Under the pieces are notes generated by a model that ran no database searches, was not told the DNA's origin, and was given only the letters and a program-made list of their open reading frames with translations. A program made the position numbers and the translations under genes. From positions 4,578-68,577 of the forward strand of contig CAVILR010000003.1 in the NCBI GenBank assembly GCA_963643725.1: DNA of 64,000 bases. The letters run 5' to 3'. Shown one piece after another: positions 27,998 to 37,020 of the stretch. Every line of letters begins with the position of its first letter. Position 1 is the stretch's first letter. The stretch comes from Lachnospiraceae bacterium (GTDB lineage: Bacteria > Bacillota_I > Bacilli_A > RFN20 > CAG-826).

Positions 27998-28432
27998 TTA
28001 ATAATCAATCAAATGGACGCGTCGAAGATGGCGACCACCTTCAAATTCAGTGGATAAGAAAATATCAATGCGTCTTAAGATATCATCTAATTCCATAAAT
28101 GATGCGCCAAAGGAAATCATATTCGCATTATTGTGTTGTCTTAATAGACGGCTAACATCATCGTTATAGCCAATTCCGCATCTTATTCCCGTTATCTTAT
28201 TCGCGGCAATCATAATGCCTTCGCCTGATGAGCAAACTAATACGCCAAAATCAGCTTTGCCTATGCTAACGCTTAACGCCGCTTTTTTCCCATAGACAGG
28301 ATAATCGCAAGAATCGGAAGAAAATGTTCCTTCATCTAAAACTTCATGACCTTGTTTAGATAAATATTCTTTAATCGCTTCTTTATATTTAAATCCTGCG
28401 TGATCTGAACCAAGAGCTATAACCATAATCAA
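27998..28432 (-). CDS. rpiB: Ribose-5-phosphate isomerase B
   Basis: IALGSDHAGF and VCSSGEGI motifs of the RpiB/LacAB family. 144 aa. Confidence 0.9.
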   Translation of the reverse strand: MIMVIALGSDHAGFKYKEAIKEYLSKQGHEVLDEGTFSSDSCDYPVYGKKAALSVSIGKADFGVLVCSSGEGIMIAANKITGIRCGIGYNDDVSRLLRQHNNANMISFGASFMELDDILRRIDIFLSTEFEGGRHLRRVHLIDY

Positions 28433-29037
28433 TTCTCCAATGCCTTATATATATCTTCTTTACTAATCAATCCTTCTCGAACAATACTAATCGATGAATC
28501 AACGAGCACAATTGTTGATGGAACTGAACTTTTTGCTTCCCCTTTTATAATAGCATCAATGTCGCTTGAAAATACTTTTAATACATCCTCATCATTACAT
28601 AAAGGTTTTTCACCTGAACGGTTCGCGCTTGGAACTAATAGGGGCTTATTAACTGCGTTTATCAATTTTCTTACAAATTCATCATCGGGAACGCGCATCC
28701 CAACAAAACCTTCTTTAGAAACAACCCAAGAAGGTAGCCCATCTTTTGCCTTAACAATAATCGTGAATTGCCCTGGCATAAATTTTTTTATTAGTTTTGT
28801 AGCGCGCTCATCAATAACGCCATATTTATAGACATCTTCGACTCTTCCGCACATCAAGGTAAATGGTTTCTCAGGAGGTCGTCGTTTAACAGAAACTAAA
28901 TCATCATATGCTTGTTTGTTATCATAGATAACACCTAGACCAAAGACTGTCTCAGTAGGAAAAGCTACTATTCCTCCATCTTTAAGTATCGAGGCCGCGA
29001 TTTCGTATTCGTCTTTCTTTAACAATTTCATAATCAA
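28429..29037 (-). CDS. tsaC: L-threonylcarbamoyladenylate synthase (YrdC/YwlC type)
   Basis: VAFPTETVFGLG and LLVPSANRSG motifs. 4-nt overlaps on both sides. Confidence 0.85.
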   Translation of the reverse strand: MIMKLLKKDEYEIAASILKDGGIVAFPTETVFGLGVIYDNKQAYDDLVSVKRRPPEKPFTLMCGRVEDVYKYGVIDERATKLIKKFMPGQFTIIVKAKDGLPSWVVSKEGFVGMRVPDDEFVRKLINAVNKPLLVPSANRSGEKPLCNDEDVLKVFSSDIDAIIKGEAKSSVPSTIVLVDSSISIVREGLISKEDIYKALEN

Positions 29038-29900
29038 ATTTTACTACTAATCAAAATGGTGAGAATACGATATTTCTCGTTGATATCTTTTGTAAATGAA
29101 AATTGACATGGATAGTCAAGTTCAGATAAAAGCTTAATTAAACGATCTTTTAAATCGTAACCAATTTCAAAAACTATCAATAATTCATCATTCATCACCT
29201 TTGGGGCGTCGAGCAATATCGAGCGGTAAACATCAAGTTTTTCGCTAGTGAAAAGAGCGTTATGAGGCTCATAATCTAACACGCTTTTATCGACCTCATT
29301 TCTATTTAATATATAAGGTGGATTAGAAACGATGACGTCAACTTTAATGTTGTGTTTAATCAAGGGTTTTAATGCATCTCCGCATAAAACATAACCATCG
29401 ACATGATTTTTTAACAAATTAGATGTTGCAACATCGTTCGCATCCTTAGAAATATCGGATAAATAAAGAGCATTTACTTTAAGGTGTCGAGCAAGGGAAA
29501 TGCCTAAGCAGCCAGAACCTGAGCATATATCAGCGAGAGCGATAGGTTTATCGCCATATATTTTAAGTATCTTTCTAAGAGCGTAAGAAGCGACTTCTTC
29601 TGTTTCACTTCGCGGAATTAAAACGCGTTTATCGACATTGAATTTTGAACCAAAAAATTCCGTTTCTCCAAGAATATATTCAATGGGTTCACCATTTAAA
29701 AATCTTTGAAATTGAGACTCAAATTTAGGCAAATCGTGGATATCTTCATTTCTACGTAGATAGAATGCACTCATCGAATCGAGGTTATTATTTTGACACA
29801 AAAGAAGGCGAACATTTATTTCGTCTCGCGATTTATTTTCTAGTTTTAAAACAGCTTTTTTATATGTCTCAATTAGAGTTGGCATCGTTATTTTCACCAA
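29034..29900 (-). CDS. prmC: Release factor glutamine N5-methyltransferase
   Basis: SAM motif DICSGSGC and catalytic VSNPPYI. An alternative start at 29885 is possible. Confidence 0.9.
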   Translation of the reverse strand: MVKITMPTLIETYKKAVLKLENKSRDEINVRLLLCQNNNLDSMSAFYLRRNEDIHDLPKFESQFQRFLNGEPIEYILGETEFFGSKFNVDKRVLIPRSETEEVASYALRKILKIYGDKPIALADICSGSGCLGISLARHLKVNALYLSDISKDANDVATSNLLKNHVDGYVLCGDALKPLIKHNIKVDVIVSNPPYILNRNEVDKSVLDYEPHNALFTSEKLDVYRSILLDAPKVMNDELLIVFEIGYDLKDRLIKLLSELDYPCQFSFTKDINEKYRILTILISSKI

Positions 29901-30951
29901 GCATTTTCATCTCTTGATCATAATGGATTAATGCATCAAGAATTTCATCGAGGTCGCCTTCCATAACGCGGTCAAGCTTTTGAATAGTAAATCCAATTCG
30001 ATGATCGGTAACGCGATTTTGCGGATAGTTATATGTACGTATTTTTTCACTGCGTTCGCCGGTTCCAACCTTTAATTTGCGTTCATTGCCAAATTTTTCT
30101 TCTTGTTCTTCTTGTAACTTCGAATAAATTTTAGCTCTTAACATTTGTAGACAAATTTCTCGATTTTGAATTTGTGATTTTTCAGTTTGGCAGGATACGA
30201 CAACACCCGTAGGCTTGTGCGTCATGCGGACTGCGGATTCGGTTTTATTGACATTTTGTCCTCCCGCGCCTTGAGAACGATATGTATCAACTTGAATATC
30301 TTCCATTTTTAGTTCAACTTCGATGTCTTCCATCTCCGGCATCACTAAAACTGTCGCGGTAGAGGTATGAATTCTTCCAGATGCTTCCGTCTTCGGTACG
30401 CGTTGAACGCGATGCGCGCCACTTTCAAATTTTAAACGCGAATAGACTCCATCGCCTTTAATCATAAAAGATACGAGAGAAAAACCACCTGCTTCAGAAA
30501 TGTTTTCTTCGATCATTTGGATTTTCCATCCACGGTGTTCAGCATAGCGAACATACATTCTAAATAAATCGCCCGCGAAAATATTTGCTTCATCTCCACC
30601 TGCTGCGCCTCGAATCTCAACAATAATGTTTTTATCATCGTTTGGATCTTTTGGTAAAAGCATGATTTTAATGTTTTCAATCAATGATGCTTCTTCTCCT
30701 TGAAGTCGATGATATTCTTCATGAGCGAGGAGCGATATTTCCTTATCGTCGTCATTCATCATCAATTCAGCATCTTTTAAATCAGATGAAACTTTGTTGT
30801 ATTTATCAAAAATCTCGACGATAGGTTCGAGATTTGAACGTTCCTTTGATAACTGCGTAAAACGTTTGATGTCTTTTACGACATTTTCGTCTCCGAGTTC
30901 TTTATCAATTTCTTGAAGTCTTTCCTTGGTCGCTTCAAGTCTTTTAAGCAT
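29869..30951 (-). CDS. prfA: Peptide chain release factor 1
   Basis: MLKRLEATKERLQEI start at 30951. PKT (PxT) and GGQ ([12 protein letters not shown]) motifs. Confidence 0.95.
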   Translation of the reverse strand: MLKRLEATKERLQEIDKELGDENVVKDIKRFTQLSKERSNLEPIVEIFDKYNKVSSDLKDAELMMNDDDKEISLLAHEEYHRLQGEEASLIENIKIMLLPKDPNDDKNIIVEIRGAAGGDEANIFAGDLFRMYVRYAEHRGWKIQMIEENISEAGGFSLVSFMIKGDGVYSRLKFESGAHRVQRVPKTEASGRIHTSTATVLVMPEMEDIEVELKMEDIQVDTYRSQGAGGQNVNKTESAVRMTHKPTGVVVSCQTEKSQIQNREICLQMLRAKIYSKLQEEQEEKFGNERKLKVGTGERSEKIRTYNYPQNRVTDHRIGFTIQKLDRVMEGDLDEILDALIHYDQEMKMLGENNDANSN

Positions 30952-31097
30952 TCCATTATCCATAAGTGTTAGTAATATTATCATATTTTTGACCTATTAA
31001 AAAGAATGCAAACCATCAATTAATAAATATTATTAAAAAACGCATTTTGGCTTTTATAGAGAGAGGATAAATTGTATAATCAATGCGGAATAATTTT

Positions 31098-32855
31098 ATG
31101 AGTTATAAAGCATTATACAGAACCTACCGTCCAAAAACATTTGAAGAAGTCGCTGGGCAAAAACATGTTGTTAAAACATTAAAAAACGCATTAGAAAATA
31201 ATAAGATAGCGCACGCCTATCTTTTTGCTGGTCCTCGTGGAACAGGGAAAACGACAATGGCCAAGCTCTTTGCAAAAGCTTTAAACTGTGAACAAGGCAT
31301 TGGCCATCAATGCAATCAATGCTCAAATTGTGTCGAAATAAATGAAGGAACGCATCCAGATGTTATTGAAATTGACGCGGCGAGCAACAATGGTGTCGAA
31401 CAAGTTCGTGAATTAATAGATAAGGTTAATTACTTGCCAATCAAAGGGAAGTATAAAGTTTATATCATCGATGAAGTTCACATGATGACAACTAACGCGT
31501 TTAATGCATTATTAAAAACGCTTGAAGAACCGCCAAGCCATGTCATTTTCATTCTTGCTACAACAGAACCCCACAACATCATCCCAACGATTATCTCCCG
31601 ATGTCAAAGATACGATTTTACTAAAGTAAGCGATGATGATATTTATGAAAGAATGGTCGAAATTCTTCATCACGAAAACATCGAATTTGAGGATAAAGCG
31701 GTGAGAGCGATTATCTCCTTAGCCGATGGTGGAGTTCGCGATGCTTTATCAATTCTTGATCAAATCCTCGCCTATAGCGGTTCGTCACTAAAAGAAAAAG
31801 ACGTATACGATTTATTTGGTCTAACATCCGTTGAAGAAAAAGTATCTTTATTAAAAGCTATAAATGAAGGCGATATGCCCTTGTGCCTAAATAAAATTAA
31901 TTCCTTTTTCCAAGCCGGCGTTGATTTAAAGCGATTAACAAACGATTTATTAGAAATATTAAAAGATGTTTTGATCATCAAAAAGACAAACGATGAAACC
32001 GAACTATCAATTATTGATGAATTAACTGCGACATCGCTAGCGTCAATCTTTGATTACAAAACACTTAATGAGATGATATCGACATTTTTAAAAGCTCAAA
32101 CCGATTATAAAAATGTTAATAACATTAAAACGATGTTCGAAGTTATCGTCCTGCGGCTAGCAACGATGAAAGATGATAAAGAAAAACCTATCATTAAACC
32201 TGCTCAACAAGAAATAAAAGTGACTAAGCCAGTTTCTACATCAGCAAATGAAGAAAAGCTTATCGAAAAAGAAACGGATTCTCCACAATCTACTAGCAAA
32301 GAAAAAGAAGAGATTAAACCTCAAATAGAAGAAGTTAATAAAGAACCCATCGAATCGCCAAGTGAAAATGTTACAAAAGACAACGAGGATCCAGACTGGT
32401 TATTCGATGATGATAACGAGAAAAAAGCGGTCGCCAGCGAAGGTGAGCATTACGAACTTGATGATGATGTAATTCTAAAATTAATGGTCTTAGGCGATAA
32501 AGCAGAACGTAAAAACCTCATGAGTCGCTGGAACGAACTTAATTCCTATATCAATCACCCCTCCTTTGGAGATGTCATCGCTTTACTTAAAGATGGGAAA
32601 CCATTCATCGTTAGCAAAGAAGCGATTATACTCGAATATGATTTCTCAAAATTAGCAGATAAAATCAATATTAAAACTAACGCCGATACAGCCGCGGAAA
32701 TATTGAGCAAAATGCTCGGAAGAATGGTCTTTGTCTACGCGATTTCACGTAGCGAATCTGTTCGCCTTATCACCGCGTTTAATAATTTAAGGCAGATATC
32801 AAAACTCCCAAAAGTAGGAGAAATACAATTAACATTGGAGGATTTAAAGAAATGA
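31098..32855 (+). CDS. dnaX: DNA polymerase III subunit gamma/tau
   Basis: YRPKTFEEVAGQKHV, GPRGTGKTT, Zn module CEQGIGHQCNQCSNC, and ISRCQ. The ATG at 31098 is preferred because the ATG at 31083 sits 2 nt after a TATAAT. Confidence 0.93.
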   Translation: MSYKALYRTYRPKTFEEVAGQKHVVKTLKNALENNKIAHAYLFAGPRGTGKTTMAKLFAKALNCEQGIGHQCNQCSNCVEINEGTHPDVIEIDAASNNGVEQVRELIDKVNYLPIKGKYKVYIIDEVHMMTTNAFNALLKTLEEPPSHVIFILATTEPHNIIPTIISRCQRYDFTKVSDDDIYERMVEILHHENIEFEDKAVRAIISLADGGVRDALSILDQILAYSGSSLKEKDVYDLFGLTSVEEKVSLLKAINEGDMPLCLNKINSFFQAGVDLKRLTNDLLEILKDVLIIKKTNDETELSIIDELTATSLASIFDYKTLNEMISTFLKAQTDYKNVNNIKTMFEVIVLRLATMKDDKEKPIIKPAQQEIKVTKPVSTSANEEKLIEKETDSPQSTSKEKEEIKPQIEEVNKEPIESPSENVTKDNEDPDWLFDDDNEKKAVASEGEHYELDDDVILKLMVLGDKAERKNLMSRWNELNSYINHPSFGDVIALLKDGKPFIVSKEAIILEYDFSKLADKINIKTNADTAAEILSKMLGRMVFVYAISRSESVRLITAFNNLRQISKLPKVGEIQLTLEDLKK

Positions 32856-33151
32856 ACATGCAACAAATGCTAATGCAAGCACAAAAAATGCAACGCGAGC
32901 TTAAAAAGGCGCAAGAAGCGTTGAAAGAAAAAGAATTTACTGTTTCAAAAGGCGGCATGGTTACCATCGTTATGAAAGGCGACAGAACATTAGTTTCACT
33001 CGACATCGACAAAGATGCATTGAGCGAAGATAGCAAAGATATGGTGCAAGATGCACTTGTTTTAGCTATCAATGAAGCATTGAGCCAAATCGAAAAAGAA
33101 AGCGAAGCCATAAATGAGCAAATAACCGGACGAACCGGAGGCATATTCTAA
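32852..33151 (+). CDS. ybaB: YbaB/EbfC nucleoid-associated protein
   Basis: 99 aa, MNMQQMLMQAQKMQRELKKAQEAL... In the conserved dnaX-ybaB-recR order. Confidence 0.9.
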   Translation: MNMQQMLMQAQKMQRELKKAQEALKEKEFTVSKGGMVTIVMKGDRTLVSLDIDKDALSEDSKDMVQDALVLAINEALSQIEKESEAINEQITGRTGGIF

Positions 33152-33154
33152 AGA

Positions 33155-33751
33155 ATGAAAGAACTAAAAAGCATTATTAGATTAACCGATTCATTCGAGA
33201 AATTCCCTAGCGTAGGTCATCGCTCTGCCGAGAAAATGGCCTATTCCGTTTTAAATATGAAAGATGAAGATGTTAACGAACTAATCAATGCTTTAAAAGA
33301 CATAAAAGAAAAAGTTCATAAATGCCCTAGATGTGGCAATTTCACCGAGGAGGAATATTGCTCTATTTGCTCTGACGTCAATAGAGAGCAAAACAAATTG
33401 ATTGTTGTATCATCTCCGAAAGATATCGAATCGTTTGAAAAACTAAATTCCTATAACGGCTTATATCACGTCATCGGCGGAACGCTTAAAGCGAGTCTCT
33501 CTGTCGGCGCGGACGATTTAGCGATAGAGGAATTGATCAAACGAGTTGAAAACGAAAATATCGTGGAAGTAATACTTGCAACAAATCCAACGATTGATGG
33601 CGAAACTACGGCATTATATATCGCTAAATTATTGGAAAATAAAAATATCAATGTTACGCGACTAGCCTATGGACTTCCGATGGGCGGATATCTTGAATAT
33701 GCAGACTCTTTGACTTTGTCAAAGGCGTTAGAGGGAAGGAAGAAAATTTAA
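33155..33751 (+). CDS. recR: Recombination protein RecR
   Basis: Cys4 finger CPRCGNFTEEEYCSIC and a Toprim segment. Confidence 0.95.
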   Translation: MKELKSIIRLTDSFEKFPSVGHRSAEKMAYSVLNMKDEDVNELINALKDIKEKVHKCPRCGNFTEEEYCSICSDVNREQNKLIVVSSPKDIESFEKLNSYNGLYHVIGGTLKASLSVGADDLAIEELIKRVENENIVEVILATNPTIDGETTALYIAKLLENKNINVTRLAYGLPMGGYLEYADSLTLSKALEGRKKI

Positions 33752-33763
33752 GGGGATCAAAAT

Positions 33764-34390
33764 ATGTTTATAACAGTTGAAGGACCAGAAGGTTCGGGCA
33801 AAAGCAGCGTCATCAAAGAAGTGGCAAAAAAATTAGAAAATGATGGTGAAACAGTCGTTTTAACCCGCGAACCTGGCGGAACACCAATATCGGAAGAAAT
33901 ACGAAACGTCATTTTAGATAAAGCCAATACGAAAATGGACGGCATGACCGAAGCACTTTTATATGCAGCGAGTAGACGTCAACATCTAGTAGAAAAAGTT
34001 TGGCCTCTTTCCAAAGAAGGAAAAATTGTTATCTCTGACCGCTTCATCGACTCTTCGCTCGCCTATCAAGGTGGTGCAAGAGGTCTTGGAATAGATAAAG
34101 TCCTCGCCTTAAATATGTTTGCTACCGATGGATATTTCCCAGATTTAACACTCCTATTTGATTTAGAGCCGGAAATCGGATTAAAACGCATTGCTATGAA
34201 CGCAAATAGGGAAGTGAATAGATTAGATTTAGAAAAAATCGAATTCCATAAAAGCGTTAGAAAGACATTCCTAGATTTAGCCACTCGTTTCAAAGATAGA
34301 TACGTTATTATCGATGCTTCTAAGCCATTTGATGAAGTTGTTGAAGATGCGTATAACACAATTAAAAACAAATTACATAAATGCAGATAG
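33764..34390 (+). CDS. tmk: dTMP kinase
   Basis: P-loop FITVEGPEGSGKSS and DRFIDSSLAYQG. Confidence 0.95.
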   Translation: MFITVEGPEGSGKSSVIKEVAKKLENDGETVVLTREPGGTPISEEIRNVILDKANTKMDGMTEALLYAASRRQHLVEKVWPLSKEGKIVISDRFIDSSLAYQGGARGLGIDKVLALNMFATDGYFPDLTLLFDLEPEIGLKRIAMNANREVNRLDLEKIEFHKSVRKTFLDLATRFKDRYVIIDASKPFDEVVEDAYNTIKNKLHKCR

Positions 34391-35361
34391 AAAAATATTT
34401 ATCACAATATCAACCAGTTATTTATAAAACTTTTATTAATGCGTTAAAGTCTAATCATCTTTCGCATGCCTATCTCCTCAGTGGTGCGTCTGGTATGCCA
34501 TTAAAAGAAAGCGCGATGTATTTAGCAAAAAGTTTACTATGCGATAGTCCAAATCCTCTCGCCTGTAATAATTGCATCACCTGCCTTCGCGTAGATGAAG
34601 GAAATTACGCCGATATAATCGTCGTCGACGGAAGCGAGAGCAAAATCAAAAAGAATGAAGTGACAAAAATCATTGAAAATTTTGATAAAACATCTTTAGA
34701 GGATAAAGGCATCATGATTTATGTCATCCATCTAGTGGAAATGATGACACCTGTAGCGATTAATTCACTGCTTAAATTCTTAGAAGAACCTGGTAGAAAT
34801 ATCTATGCCTTCTTAACGACTGAAAACGAATCAAAAGTGCTACCAACAATTCTTTCCAGAACGCAGATATTGCGCTTTAAAAGCATCCCTCGAGAAGAAA
34901 TAATAAAAGATGCAATCGAAGAAAATGTTTCATTAGAAGATGTAGAAATGCTTTGCAGTTTCTATAGCGATGGCAATTCGATTAAAAATGCATCTGAAAG
35001 TGAAAACTACCAAATAGCTAAACAAGCATTAGATGATTTGTTAGATGGACTATTACTCAATGAAGGTGAGGCAATTTATGCGATGCAGCGCCACGTGATA
35101 CCATCATTAAAAAGTACTGAATTAGTTAAAACATTTCTTAAGATGCTCGCTTCAATCTATGAAGATATATTGAATATAAATATTAAACAGCCAATTAAAC
35201 TGACGACTTATAGTAAAATAATAGAGGAATTAGCTAAAAAGCTAAAACATATCGATAAAAGCTTGTATATAATCATGTCATCAATTCAAAAAGTAGATTT
35301 AAATGTCAATTTAGGTCTACTGCTCGATCACGTGATATATGAGTTAATCGCGGAGGAATGA
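34381..35361 (+). CDS. holB: DNA polymerase III subunit delta-prime
   Basis: LSHAYLLSG, Zn motif CNNCITC and LSRTQILRF. Confidence 0.85.
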   Translation: MQIEKYLSQYQPVIYKTFINALKSNHLSHAYLLSGASGMPLKESAMYLAKSLLCDSPNPLACNNCITCLRVDEGNYADIIVVDGSESKIKKNEVTKIIENFDKTSLEDKGIMIYVIHLVEMMTPVAINSLLKFLEEPGRNIYAFLTTENESKVLPTILSRTQILRFKSIPREEIIKDAIEENVSLEDVEMLCSFYSDGNSIKNASESENYQIAKQALDDLLDGLLLNEGEAIYAMQRHVIPSLKSTELVKTFLKMLASIYEDILNINIKQPIKLTTYSKIIEELAKKLKHIDKSLYIIMSSIQKVDLNVNLGLLLDHVIYELIAEE

Positions 35362-36191
35362 TTATGAATTATTACGTTTCAATAAAGTTTGCTAACGCTG
35401 GGAAAGCCTATTTCTTTAGCAGCGATATCGGTGATTTAAAAATTGGAGATAAAGTCGTCGCTGAATCAGTAAGAGGACTTCAAGTTGGCGAGGTAGTTAG
35501 CGAGGTAACTCCAATAAGCGAATATAAAAGCCAATTAGAACTTAAACCGATATTAAGAAGGGCAAACGAAGATGATTTGCTCATCTATGATGAAAACAAA
35601 AAAAGAAGCAAGGAAGCGCTGAAGATAGCGAATAAAGAAATCGAAAATCTCGGACTAAATATGCATCCAATCGAAGCGGAATACACGCTCGATGGAAGTA
35701 AATTAACCATCGTCTACGTCGCTGATGAACGCGTTGATTTTAGAGAATTGTTAAAAATCCTCGCCTCGCGTTTTCATTGTCGAATCGATTTAAGACAAAT
35801 TGGTTCACGCGACAAGGCAAAAATGATTGGCGGAATCGGTATATGCGGATTGCCTCTATGTTGCAAATCATTTTTAAATAACGCGGAAGGCATTTCCATA
35901 ACAAGAGCTAAAAATCAGATGCTATCGCTAAACATTCCAAAACTTTCTGGCCACTGCGGCAAATTAATTTGTTGCCTATTATATGAAGACGATGCTTATA
36001 CTGAACTCAAAAAAGACTTCCCTAGAATAGGTGATACATTCAAAAAGGGTGATACGTTATATAAAGTAACTGGTATTAATGTTTTATCGAGAATGGTAAA
36101 AATTGAAAATGAAGAAGAAATAAACACCATCTCCTTAAAAGAGCTAAAAGAGCAATATAAAGGTAAGAGCAATGCGGGCAAAAAGTTTTGA
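35358..36191 (+). CDS. ricT: PSP1-domain protein RicT/YaaT
   Basis: PSP1 domain with Cys cluster GICGLPLCCKSF...GHCGKLICCLLYE. Confidence 0.85.
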   Translation: MIMNYYVSIKFANAGKAYFFSSDIGDLKIGDKVVAESVRGLQVGEVVSEVTPISEYKSQLELKPILRRANEDDLLIYDENKKRSKEALKIANKEIENLGLNMHPIEAEYTLDGSKLTIVYVADERVDFRELLKILASRFHCRIDLRQIGSRDKAKMIGGIGICGLPLCCKSFLNNAEGISITRAKNQMLSLNIPKLSGHCGKLICCLLYEDDAYTELKKDFPRIGDTFKKGDTLYKVTGINVLSRMVKIENEEEINTISLKELKEQYKGKSNAGKKF

Positions 36192-37020
36192 TAATACAAA
36201 ACCACTTCTTTATCTAGTGCCAACGCCAATTGGTAATCTCGACGAATTTTCGCCTCGCGCATTAGAAGTTATTAAAAATGCCGATATAATTGCTTGCGAA
36301 GACACAAGAGTTACCCACAAATTGCTGGCGTTTTTCAATATTTCAAAACCTTTAGTGTCTTTAAGAGAGCATAACGAAGTAGAGCAATCAAACTATATAA
36401 TCGCTGAAATTAAAGCAGGTAAAAAAGTTGCATATATGTCAGATGCAGGTTATCCATGCATTTCCGATCCTGGTTCAAGATTAGTTAAACTAGCGCTAGA
36501 AAATGATATCAACGTCTCCTCACTAAGTGGTCCAAACGCGGCATTAAACGCTCTTGTCGCATCTGGGATTGATGCATCGCATTTCTATTTTCATGGTTTT
36601 CTCGACGCAAAGGAAAGCGTTCGCAAAGAAGAATTGAGAAAATTATTCAATAAAGAAGAAACATTGATTTTCTACGAATCACCACATCGCATCCAAAAGA
36701 CCTTAGCCAATATGCACGAAATATTAGGAGCAAGGAAAGCGTGCATTGCTCGCGAACTAACAAAAATCCACGAAGAATTTATTAGGGCTAACTTAAAAGA
36801 ATTGATGGAAATCGAACCAGACACTCTAAAAGGTGAGATGGTGCTTATCGTTGAAGGCAAAAGTAAAGAGATAAAACCACATATCGAAAATACTGAGCTC
36901 TTAAAAATGGTGTCCTCATTAACCGAAACTGGACTTTCCACAAAAGATGCAATTAAACAAGTCGCTGAGCTAACTAATGTAAGCAAAAATTACATCTATA
37001 AAATTTATCACATCAACTAA
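36172..37020 (+). CDS. rsmI: 16S rRNA (cytidine1402-2'-O)-methyltransferase
   Basis: LYLVPTPIGNLDEFSPRAL and DAGYPCISDPG motifs. Confidence 0.9.
   Translation: MRAKSFDNTKPLLYLVPTPIGNLDEFSPRALEVIKNADIIACEDTRVTHKLLAFFNISKPLVSLREHNEVEQSNYIIAEIKAGKKVAYMSDAGYPCISDPGSRLVKLALENDINVSSLSGPNAALNALVASGIDASHFYFHGFLDAKESVRKEELRKLFNKEETLIFYESPHRIQKTLANMHEILGARKACIARELTKIHEEFIRANLKELMEIEPDTLKGEMVLIVEGKSKEIKPHIENTELLKMVSSLTETGLSTKDAIKQVAELTNVSKNYIYKIYHIN

Noticed and set aside
30985-31097. Divergent prfA/dnaX intergenic region as a replication origin
   Set aside because: It is only ~100 bp with no cluster of DnaA boxes (a single weak GGATAA-containing match). There is no dnaA/dnaN nearby, and gene orientation flips again at 37013.
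32418-32429. dnaX A-run (GAG AAA AAA GCG) as a tau/gamma frameshift or slippage site
   Set aside because: The A AAA AAG heptamer is out of register with the dnaX reading frame (zero-frame codons are AAA AAA GCG). I saw no downstream stimulatory hairpin. A-rich runs are common in this AT-rich genome.
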